DNA of 35,502 nt from Solirubrobacteraceae bacterium (GTDB taxonomy: Bacteria; Actinomycetota; Thermoleophilia; Solirubrobacterales; Solirubrobacteraceae). Shown one piece after another: positions 18,944-26,481 of this stretch. Where the stretch lies: positions 1 through 35,502 of the forward strand of contig JBPCQU010000034.1 in the NCBI GenBank assembly GCA_050997795.1, given 5' to 3'. A program made the position numbers and the translations under genes. Each line of letters starts with the position of its first letter. The first letter of the stretch is position 1. The notes under the pieces are model-generated. The model was not told the DNA's origin. It saw only the letters and a program-made list of their open reading frames with translations, and ran no database searches.

Positions 18944-19537
18944 ATGCTGCTCTACAACAACACCCTGTCGGGCAACTGCTACAAGGTCAGGCTGCTGTTC
19001 GCCAAGCTCGGAATCGACTACGAGCGAGCCGAGCTCGACGTGTTCGATCGCTCCGACCGGCCCGAGCTGCTGGGCGGACTCAACCCGGCGCTCCGCGTGC
19101 CGACGCTGGCGCTCGACGACGAGCGCGCGCTCGCGGAGTCAAACGCGATCCTGTTCTACTTCGCCGAGGGAACCGACTACCTCCCCTCGGACGCTTTTGA
19201 GCGCGCGAAGGTCCTCCAGTGGCTGTTCTTCGAGCAGTACTGCCACGAGCCCAACATCGCCGTCCTGCGCTTCTGGGAGATGGCGGGGATCCACCCGCCC
19301 GACGCGGAGCTCGAGACCCGGCGCAAGGCCGGTGACGCGGCGCTCGCCGCGCTCGAGCGCCAATTGGAAAAGCACGAGTTCCTCGTCGGCGGGCGCTACT
19401 CGATCGCCGACATCGCGCTGTTCGCCTACACCCACGTGGCCCCGGAAGGCGGCTTCGCGCTCGAGCCGTACCCGTCGATCCGGGCCTGGCTGACGCGCGT
19501 CGCCGCACATCCGGGCCACATCGAGATCACCGACTAG
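18944..19537 (+). CDS. Glutathione S-transferase family protein
   Basis: SGNCYKVRL, LNPALRVPTL, ESNAILFY, WLFFEQY, YSIADIALFAYTH. Confidence 0.93.
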   Translation: MLLYNNTLSGNCYKVRLLFAKLGIDYERAELDVFDRSDRPELLGGLNPALRVPTLALDDERALAESNAILFYFAEGTDYLPSDAFERAKVLQWLFFEQYCHEPNIAVLRFWEMAGIHPPDAELETRRKAGDAALAALERQLEKHEFLVGGRYSIADIALFAYTHVAPEGGFALEPYPSIRAWLTRVAAHPGHIEITD

Positions 19538-20298
19538 CGGGGATCGCTGGCCAGCTTCTGGGCGTCGGCGTTGGCCAGCACGGCGTCGTGCACGTAGGAC
19601 GCCAGGCTCGCGGCCACCTTGTCGTAGCTGGCCGCGAAGCGCGGGTCAGCGACGTACATCTCGGCGAGGTTGCGGTGCATCTGCGTCGAGACCGGATAGA
19701 ACCAGCGCGAGATGTGCTGGCGGTGGCGCTCGGCGACAGCCTGGGCCCGTTCGCCCGCGGCGGGCTCACCCTCGCGCAGCAGGGCCGCGAAGTTGCTTAC
19801 GACCTGGTCGGCCTCGGCGCGAATCTCGGTCCACGCGGCGTCGCCGTAGCTGGCCGCCCGCCGCGTCGACTCCTTGTAGGCGTCGGTGTGGCCCCAGCGC
19901 TCGCGCGCCTCGCCGTCGTACTCGGTCGGGTCGAAGTCCTTGAACATGCTCGATACCTCCATTTCGGTTCCTTGCTCGTGTGCCGCGAGAGCCTCGTCGA
20001 GTGCTCGCGCCGTGGCCCCGAGCCGCTCGAGCTCGCGCTCCACCAGCTCTCGTTGCTCTCGCAGCGCGCCCGCCCGATCGTGCGCGGGGTCGTCGAGCAG
20101 CTGCTGGACCTCGATCAGCGAGAAGCCCAGCTGGCGCCAGACGAGGATCTCCTGAAGCCGGGTGAGGTCCTCATAGGAGTACATCCGATAGCCCGCGTCC
20201 GAGCGCTCGCTGGGTGCCAGCAGACCGATCTCGTCGTAGTGATGCAGCGTGCGCACGGTGACGCCCGCCAGCCGGGAAAGCTCTCCGATCGTTCTCAT
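19534..20298 (-). CDS. tipA: MerR-family regulator with TipAS antibiotic-recognition domain (TipA/Mta-like)
   Basis: TIGELSRLAGVTVRTLHHYDEIGLL, GYRMY, FDPTEYDGEARERWGHTDAYKES, MYVADPRF. Start ATG 20298 fits the promoter position. Confidence 0.88.
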   Translation of the reverse strand: MRTIGELSRLAGVTVRTLHHYDEIGLLAPSERSDAGYRMYSYEDLTRLQEILVWRQLGFSLIEVQQLLDDPAHDRAGALREQRELVERELERLGATARALDEALAAHEQGTEMEVSSMFKDFDPTEYDGEARERWGHTDAYKESTRRAASYGDAAWTEIRAEADQVVSNFAALLREGEPAAGERAQAVAERHRQHISRWFYPVSTQMHRNLAEMYVADPRFAASYDKVAASLASYVHDAVLANADAQKLASDPR

Positions 20299-20305
20299 GC
20301 TCCGC

Positions 20306-20336
20306 ACCGTAATGCCTGCCGTTACGTGAGAGTCAA
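20306..20336 (-). promoter_or_regulatory. MerR-type promoter with 19-bp spacer and TipA-like operator; leaderless transcript
   Basis: TTGACT-(CTCACGTAACGGCAGGCAT, 19 bp)-TACGGT, then 7 nt to ATG. The imperfect dyad CTCACG-TAA-CGGCAG sits in the spacer. Confidence 0.85.
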
Positions 20337-20444
20337 GGCCCGAGCGCCGCCACGTTCTCGACCAACCTCCCGCCTGGCAGCGATCCTGCGCGCCTTCGCG
20401 GCCGCCGGCAGGAGCGATAGCAGCGCCAGCTAAGCTGGCCGCCC

Positions 20445-21662
20445 ATGCGCGAGGCCTTGATCTGCGAGCCGCTGCGGACCCCCGTGGGCCGCTTCGGCGG
20501 GATGTTTCGCGAGGTTTCGGTGACTCAGCTGGCGACGACCGTGATCAAGGCGCTGATCGAGCGCGCGAAGCTGCCCGTCGAGGCGATCGACGACGTGCTG
20601 CTCGGCCAGGCGTACTCCAACGGCGAGGCGCCCGCGCTCGGCCGGATCGCCGCGCTCGACGCGGGCCTCCCCGTGGAGGTGCCCGGGCTGCAGATCGACC
20701 GGCGCTGCGGCTCGGGGCTGCAGGCGGTGATCGAGGCCAGCATGCAGGTCCAGACGGGAGCCGCCGACCTGGTGCTCGCGGGCGGCGCCGAGAGCATGAG
20801 TCAGACCGAGCTCTACTCGACCGCGCTGCGGTGGGGGGCGCGCTCGGGCGGGGCGATGCTCGAGGACCGCCTGGTCCGCGGACGGGTGACGGCGGGCGGC
20901 GCCAACTATCCCGTGCCCGGCGGGATGATCGAGACGGCCGAGAACCTCCGCCGCGAGTACGCGATCCCGCGCTCCGAGCAGGACGAGCTTGCGCTGCGCT
21001 CCCACCAGCGCGCCGTCGATGCCCACGAGCGTGGAGCGTTCGCGCAGGAGATCGTCCCGGTGCAAGTCCCCGAGCGCAAAGGCACCGTTCGCACGATCGA
21101 TCGCGACGAGCACCCGCGGCCCGATGCGACGCTCGAGAGCCTCTCCTCGCTGCGGCCGGTGATGGGCCGCAAGGATCCCGAGGCGACCGTCACGGCCGGA
21201 AACGCCAGCGGTCAGAACGACGGCGCCGCGGTCTGCATCGTCACCCACGCCCAACGCGCAGCCGAGCTCGGGTGCAAGCCGCTGGCCAAGCTCGTCACCT
21301 GGGGCGTCGCGGGCGTCGCCCCGCGCACGATGGGAATCGGACCCGTCCCGGCGACCGCGAAAGCGCTCGCGCGCGCGGAGCTGTCACTCGAACAGATGGA
21401 CCTGATCGAGCTCAACGAGGCCTTCGCCGCGCAGGCGCTCGCCGTTCTGCGCGAGTGGGACCTCCCGGACGGGCTCGAGCGCGTCAACGTCAACGGCTCG
21501 GGGATCTCGCTCGGCCACCCGATCGGCGCCACCGGCGCCAGGATCCTGGCGACGCTGCTGCGCGAGCTGCACCGACGCGGCGGCCGCTACGGGCTCGAGA
21601 CGATGTGCATCGGCGGCGGCCAGGGCCTGGCGGCGGTGTTCGAGAACGTGCAGGTCGCGTGA
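20445..21662 (+). CDS. Acetyl-CoA C-acetyltransferase (thiolase)
   Basis: RTPVG, RCGSG (catalytic Cys), GGAESMS, TAGNASGQNDGA, ELNEAFA, GHPIGATG, CIGGGQG. TAAGCT -10 lies 8 nt before the ATG. Confidence 0.95.
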   Translation: MREALICEPLRTPVGRFGGMFREVSVTQLATTVIKALIERAKLPVEAIDDVLLGQAYSNGEAPALGRIAALDAGLPVEVPGLQIDRRCGSGLQAVIEASMQVQTGAADLVLAGGAESMSQTELYSTALRWGARSGGAMLEDRLVRGRVTAGGANYPVPGGMIETAENLRREYAIPRSEQDELALRSHQRAVDAHERGAFAQEIVPVQVPERKGTVRTIDRDEHPRPDATLESLSSLRPVMGRKDPEATVTAGNASGQNDGAAVCIVTHAQRAAELGCKPLAKLVTWGVAGVAPRTMGIGPVPATAKALARAELSLEQMDLIELNEAFAAQALAVLREWDLPDGLERVNVNGSGISLGHPIGATGARILATLLRELHRRGGRYGLETMCIGGGQGLAAVFENVQVA

Positions 21663-22870
21663 ACCCCGTCGCAGCGGGCGAGGACACGCTGCGGGAGGTG
21701 ATCGAGACCCTCGCGCCGATCGAGCGCCGCGCCGGCTCGGACGGCGAGCGCCAGGCGGCCGACTGGATCGCGGCGCGCCTGCGCAGCGCCGGCTGTGACG
21801 CGGACGTCGAGACGGTGCAGTTCCTCGACGGCTACGCGCGGGTGATGAGCAAGCTGTGCAGCGCGGGCGCGGTGGCCGGTCTGACGGCACTCGCCGGTCC
21901 CCGCGCGCGGAAGCTGGCGGGTGCGACGGCGGCCGCGGTGACGGCGGCGATCGCCGATGACATCTCCAATGGCCCGCGCCTCTTTCGCCGCGCCACGACG
22001 GCGCCGAAGACGACCTGGAACGTCGTCGCACGCTGCGGCGCCGAGTCGGCGCCACGCACGCTCGTGCTCCTGGCCCACCACGATGCCGCACCGACGGGGA
22101 AGATCTTCGATGATCGCGCCCAGGCCTGGTTCGGGGAGCGCTTCCCGGGTCTGCTCGAGCGGATCGACACTTCGCTGCCGCTGTGGTGGGCGGTGCTCGG
22201 CATGCCGGCGCTGGTGGCGCTCGGGGCCGCGCGGGGGCGCCGCAGGCTGCTCACCGCGGGGATCGCCGGCTCGGCGCTCGGGATCGCGGCGTTCGAAGAC
22301 ATCGCGCGCAGCCCGATCGCCCCGGGAGCCAACGACAACCTGACCGCGGTCGCGGTGCTGGTGGCGTTCGCCGAGCGGCTCGCCGAGCGGCCAGTCGAGG
22401 GACTGCAGGTGCTGCTCACCTCGTGTGGAGCCGAGGAGGTGCTCCAGGGCGGGATCTACGGCTTCGCCAGGCGCCACTTCTCCTCGCTCGATCGCGAGCG
22501 CACCTGGTTTCTGAACCTCGAGACGATCGGCTCGCCGAAGCTGGTCATGCTCGAAGGCGAGGGGCCGGTGGTGATGGAGGACTACCACGACCGCGGCTTC
22601 CGGGACCTGGTCGCGCGGGCGGCCCAAGGCGCCGGCGCGCCACTGCTTCGCGGCCTGCGGGCGCGCCCCTCGACCGACGCCGTGATCCCGAGTCGCGCCG
22701 GCTACCCGACCGCGACGCTGACCTCGGTGGATCGCTACAAGGCGCTCTCCAACTACCACAAGATGACCGACACGCCCGAGAACGTGGACTACACGACGGT
22801 CCTGCAGGCGCTCACGGTCACCGAAGCGGTCGCGCGCGAGCTCGCTTCAAACCGCTGGATCGGGCGCTGA
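21659..22870 (+). CDS. M28 family metallopeptidase with membrane segments
   Basis: LAHHDA, GANDNLTAVA, GAEE, NLETIG, STD, NYH Zn-ligand pattern. True start is GTG 21659 (GTGA overlap), not 20831. Confidence 0.85.
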   Translation: MNPVAAGEDTLREVIETLAPIERRAGSDGERQAADWIAARLRSAGCDADVETVQFLDGYARVMSKLCSAGAVAGLTALAGPRARKLAGATAAAVTAAIADDISNGPRLFRRATTAPKTTWNVVARCGAESAPRTLVLLAHHDAAPTGKIFDDRAQAWFGERFPGLLERIDTSLPLWWAVLGMPALVALGAARGRRRLLTAGIAGSALGIAAFEDIARSPIAPGANDNLTAVAVLVAFAERLAERPVEGLQVLLTSCGAEEVLQGGIYGFARRHFSSLDRERTWFLNLETIGSPKLVMLEGEGPVVMEDYHDRGFRDLVARAAQGAGAPLLRGLRARPSTDAVIPSRAGYPTATLTSVDRYKALSNYHKMTDTPENVDYTTVLQALTVTEAVARELASNRWIGR

Positions 22871-22877
22871 GCCGACC

Positions 22878-24104
22878 GTGCCGCTCGCCAGCGAACTCGA
22901 CCTTCCCACCTTCGACCACACCGACCCGACGCTGCGCGGTGAGCGCTACCGGGGCGCGATGGCTGCGCTCCGGGGTCACGACGGCTGGCTGGCCAGGTGT
23001 CCGTTCGGCTTCATCGTGCTCGACCGGGACGCGTGCGAGTTCTTCCTGCGCACCAAGCACGCGGTCTTTCCCGGGCTGACGATCGCCGACCTGCTCGGGA
23101 TCACCGAGGGGCCGCTGCACGAGGAGATCGTCGGCAACATCATCAACGTAAACGGAGCCGACCACAGCCGGCTGCGCAATCTCGTCAACCCGGCGCTCAT
23201 CCCACGCGCCGTCGAACGCTACCGGCCGGCGATGCGCGAGTTCCTCGAGCCGCTGCTCGACGCGCTGCCCTCCGACGGCCGCTCCGAATTCGTCGCGTCG
23301 TTCGCCAAGCCGTACCCGTCGCTGGTGATCGCGGCGGTGATGGGCGCTCCGCTCAGCGACGCGCCGAAGCTGCACGAGTGGTCGAACTGGATCCAGCGCC
23401 AGTTCGACGCCGCCAGCCTGATCGAGGATCGCGCCCGGATCGAGCGCGCCGTGTCGGAGTTCTACGTCTGGGCCGACGCGCTGATCGATGATCGCCGCAG
23501 CTCACCCGGCCAGGATCTGATCACCGACCTGATCGCCGCCGAGACCGAGGGCGACCGCCTGGCCAATGACGAGCTGCGCAATCTGGTGCTCAACATCCTG
23601 GTCGGCGGCGTCGACACGAGCCAGAGCCAGCTCGGCCATGCGGTCCGGATCCTCGCCGGCCATCCGGATCAGTGGGAGCTGCTGCGCTCCGATCCACGTA
23701 GGTTCGCGCTCGCCGCCGTCGACGAGGCGCTCCGCTATGAGCCGATCACGCCGTTCACGGCACGGATCACGACCGCAGAGCTCGTGCATCGCGGGATCAC
23801 CTTCCCGGCCGGCATCGTCGTGCTGGTGTCGGCCTGGCACGCCAACCGCGAAGGGGTCGAGCCCGACGAGTTCGACATCTCGGCCGACCGGGCCAGAGCG
23901 CGCGTGCTCACGTTCGGCGCCGGAATCCACTACTGCGTCGGCGCCAACCTCGCCCGGGCCGAGATGCAGGAGGCGCTGGTGGCGATCGCCGAGCGCGTTG
24001 CGACGCTGGGGCTCGACGGCGAGCCCGAGTTCGGCACGCCGTCGGGGGTCTACGGGTTCGAGTCGCTCCCGATCCGGTTCAAGCTCGCCGACGGGGGACG
24101 CTAG
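22878..24104 (+). CDS. Cytochrome P450
   Basis: HSRLRNLV, I-helix VGGVDTS, EALR, heme motif TFGAGIHYCVG. Confidence 0.93.
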   Translation: MPLASELDLPTFDHTDPTLRGERYRGAMAALRGHDGWLARCPFGFIVLDRDACEFFLRTKHAVFPGLTIADLLGITEGPLHEEIVGNIINVNGADHSRLRNLVNPALIPRAVERYRPAMREFLEPLLDALPSDGRSEFVASFAKPYPSLVIAAVMGAPLSDAPKLHEWSNWIQRQFDAASLIEDRARIERAVSEFYVWADALIDDRRSSPGQDLITDLIAAETEGDRLANDELRNLVLNILVGGVDTSQSQLGHAVRILAGHPDQWELLRSDPRRFALAAVDEALRYEPITPFTARITTAELVHRGITFPAGIVVLVSAWHANREGVEPDEFDISADRARARVLTFGAGIHYCVGANLARAEMQEALVAIAERVATLGLDGEPEFGTPSGVYGFESLPIRFKLADGGR

Positions 24105-24967
24105 GTCGCGACCCACAGCGCGTCGTCGCCCAGCGGCTCGCGCGTCGCGCGTCCGCCGGCCACCAGCTCGACCAAGGCGGTCTCAGCCGCACGCCGGTCG
24201 GGGGCATCGTTGCCATGGGTCAGCAGAGCGGCCACCTCCTGCGTTGTCAGACCGTCTTCGTAGTGCTCGAGCAGGGGCGCAGGGTCCTCGGGTGGCGCGT
24301 GGCGCTCGAGCGTCGGATCCAGGTTCGCGATCAGGACGTCATATGCCTCCACGGGCTGAAAGCCGCCGGCGACCAGCTGGGTGCCATCGGACTCGAACAC
24401 GATCGACGGCGCGGTGAAGCGGACCGGACCGTCGGTCGTGGCGGTCTTGCCCTGAAGCTCGGCCGCCGATCCGGCGGCAGTGCGGGTCTCGGCGCGGTCG
24501 CGTTCGTAGGCCTCGCCCACCTCGGGTGAATCGAGCGCGGCGATGATCTCAGCGCCGTCCACTCCGGGCACGCGCTCGATCACGGAACCGAGCTGGGCGT
24601 CGTCGTCGAGCACCAGCGAGCCCGTGAAGTTGGCGAGCTGGAGCGCACGGAAAACGCGCCATTCGCTGCCCGGCTGCGCGAGGCGCGCCGCGACCACCGC
24701 CCGGCAGGCGCGCGCGGTCGCGCTCACGCGCTCCTTCGGCGCCGGCGAGAACGGCATCCCGTAGCGCCTGAACGCGAGCTGGCCGAGCGCGCCACGCAGC
24801 GGCGTGTAACCCCGCGCGACGTACTGCGAGGCGGCTTCGGTCAGGCCGATGACCACGAGCCTCCAGCGCAGCTGCGCTCCATAGCGCCACTCCACCACGC
24901 GCAGCGCCGGGCTCTCCGAATATGCCCACGGGCAGGCGGGATCGCTGTAGAGGGTCACGTCGATCAT
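24101..24967 (-). CDS. DsbA/DSBA-like thioredoxin-fold protein (single-Cys CPWA)
   Basis: YSDPACPWAY at the N-terminus, FTAPS cis-Pro loop, GGFQP. Confidence 0.78.
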   Translation of the reverse strand: MIDVTLYSDPACPWAYSESPALRVVEWRYGAQLRWRLVVIGLTEAASQYVARGYTPLRGALGQLAFRRYGMPFSPAPKERVSATARACRAVVAARLAQPGSEWRVFRALQLANFTGSLVLDDDAQLGSVIERVPGVDGAEIIAALDSPEVGEAYERDRAETRTAAGSAAELQGKTATTDGPVRFTAPSIVFESDGTQLVAGGFQPVEAYDVLIANLDPTLERHAPPEDPAPLLEHYEDGLTTQEVAALLTHGNDAPDRRAAETALVELVAGGRATREPLGDDALWVAT

Positions 24968-25803
24968 AAGGTTGATGCCTCAAGTATATCCGCGAGCTGC
25001 CTGCCGGGCTTGCCCACATCTCCGGCGATCGCGTCGGCCCGGGTGACGGAGGCCGATTCAAAGCCGGCTCTGCGCAGCGCCGCGGTCGCCTCGTCGGCGC
25101 TGTCGAAGTGCAAATAGACCCGGCCCCGGACAAACGCCGACAGCGCGACCCGAAACGCCCGCATCTCGAGCGTCTGCGCGCTCCCGAGGTGCAGATCGGA
25201 GATGTAGCGGCCCGTCGAGAAGCCCGACAGCGTTTCGGCGAAGCGCCGCCACAAGCCTTCGATGTCCCGCGGAGACAGGTAGCCGAGCAGACCCTCGGTG
25301 ATGATCGCCAGCCCCGCACGGGGGTCGAGCTCGGCCACCAGCGCGGCTAGGCTGGCCGGACCGCGGCCGCGCAGCGCATCGAGCTCGCGGACCTGATGGC
25401 GTTCGCCGAGCGAGCCGATCCGCTGCAGCGCGAGCCGCTTGCGCGCCGCCATCGCCTCCAGGTCGCCCTCGAAGTAGGCGATCTGCTCACCGTAGCGCTG
25501 CGCAAACCGCCACCCGCGGGGAGACAGCCCGGCCGCCACCTCGATCACCTGGGTCATCCCGTGCTGCTCGATCGCTTGCTCGAGCAGGGCGTCGATCGCG
25601 CGGTGGCGCGCGAGCAGGTAGGGCTCCAGGGAAGGCCGGCCGAGCGCCTGTCCAGCGAGCATCAGCGGTTGCAGCGACTCGAACAGCAGCCGTCCCTCGA
25701 GCGTCGTCAACTCGGGGTGCGAGAGCCCGTTGCGCGCCCACACGTAACCGGTGTAGTGGGCTGTCGGGCTGATCGCGTCCGAAGCGCTCGCCGAGAGCCT
25801 CAT
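24964..25803 (-). CDS. SAM-dependent methyltransferase (leucine carboxyl methyltransferase-like)
   Basis: ISPTAHYTGYVW, ARHRAID, QVIEVAAGLSPRG, IITEGLLGYL. Start ATG 25803 overlaps the NUDIX stop (ATGA). Confidence 0.85.
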   Translation of the reverse strand: MRLSASASDAISPTAHYTGYVWARNGLSHPELTTLEGRLLFESLQPLMLAGQALGRPSLEPYLLARHRAIDALLEQAIEQHGMTQVIEVAAGLSPRGWRFAQRYGEQIAYFEGDLEAMAARKRLALQRIGSLGERHQVRELDALRGRGPASLAALVAELDPRAGLAIITEGLLGYLSPRDIEGLWRRFAETLSGFSTGRYISDLHLGSAQTLEMRAFRVALSAFVRGRVYLHFDSADEATAALRRAGFESASVTRADAIAGDVGKPGRQLADILEASTL

Positions 25804-26303
25804 CGGCGGTCGAGCTCCGCGAGGCGATCGAGCAGCTCCGCCTGCGCGGCGTTGATCTTCTGGCGCGCATCGTCGAGGCCGAACCATTGCGCGCGGTCGA
25901 CTTCGGGGAACTCGCGCATGCGCCCCGAGCGCGGCGGCCACTGCACGAGGAACGTGTTGCTGTGGATGTCCGTGGCGTCGAGGTCACCGCCCAGCGCCCA
26001 CACGCGGACGCGCTTGCCCGACTTCTGCTTGATCTCACCGAGATCCGACGGCTTTCCCGGAGGCGGTGCTGACCCCAGCTCCTCCTCGAACTCGCGCCGC
26101 GCCGCGGCCAGCGGATCCTCGCCGGGGTCGTACTCGCCCTTCGGGATCGACCAGGCGCCCGTGTCTCGCCTCGCCCAGTACGGCCCCCCCGGATGCACGA
26201 GCAGCACCTCGAGCGCCCCGCCGACGCGGCGGTGCAGCAGGATCCCCGCGCTGCGGGGCGATGAGTTTCGGTTCTTCACCGGGCCTGACGAAGACAAGCG
26301 CAA
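25800..26303 (-). CDS. NUDIX hydrolase
   Basis: SAGILL, VLLVHPGGP, WSIPKGEYDPGEDPLAAARREFEEELG Nudix box, WPPRSG, FPEVDR. Start may be the GTG near 26279. Confidence 0.9.
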   Translation of the reverse strand: MRLSSSGPVKNRNSSPRSAGILLHRRVGGALEVLLVHPGGPYWARRDTGAWSIPKGEYDPGEDPLAAARREFEEELGSAPPPGKPSDLGEIKQKSGKRVRVWALGGDLDATDIHSNTFLVQWPPRSGRMREFPEVDRAQWFGLDDARQKINAAQAELLDRLAELDRR

Positions 26304-26309
26304 GGCATA

Positions 26310-26337
26310 TTGACGCTTTCAAGCAACTGTCAAGCAA
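26310..26337. promoter_or_regulatory. Candidate operator in the NUDIX/MMPL divergent region
   Basis: TCAAGCAA direct repeat (26319-26326, 26330-26337; 11-bp period) overlapping a TTGAC...GTCAA inverted pair (26310-26333). Confidence 0.35.
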
Positions 26338-26481
26338 GTCGTGTTCAATCGCCGGGGCCGCCGGGACGAGGTCGCGAGGCATGACGATTGTCACGGCTGA
26401 TTTCGGCCACGCGCCACTTACGGCGGCAGCAGCCCATGGCTACGCTGCGGCGCGGAAATAGATTCGGAGGTAGACAAACAG

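Noticed and set aside
20831-21658. Long N-terminal extension of the M28 ORF suggesting a fusion
   Set aside because: Alternative frame inside the thiolase. The real start is GTG 21659.
14778-24104. Aminotransferase, P450s, methyltransferases and TipA as a natural-product biosynthetic cluster
   Set aside because: No core PKS, NRPS, RiPP or terpene enzyme, and the genes fall in small independent operons of mixed orientation.
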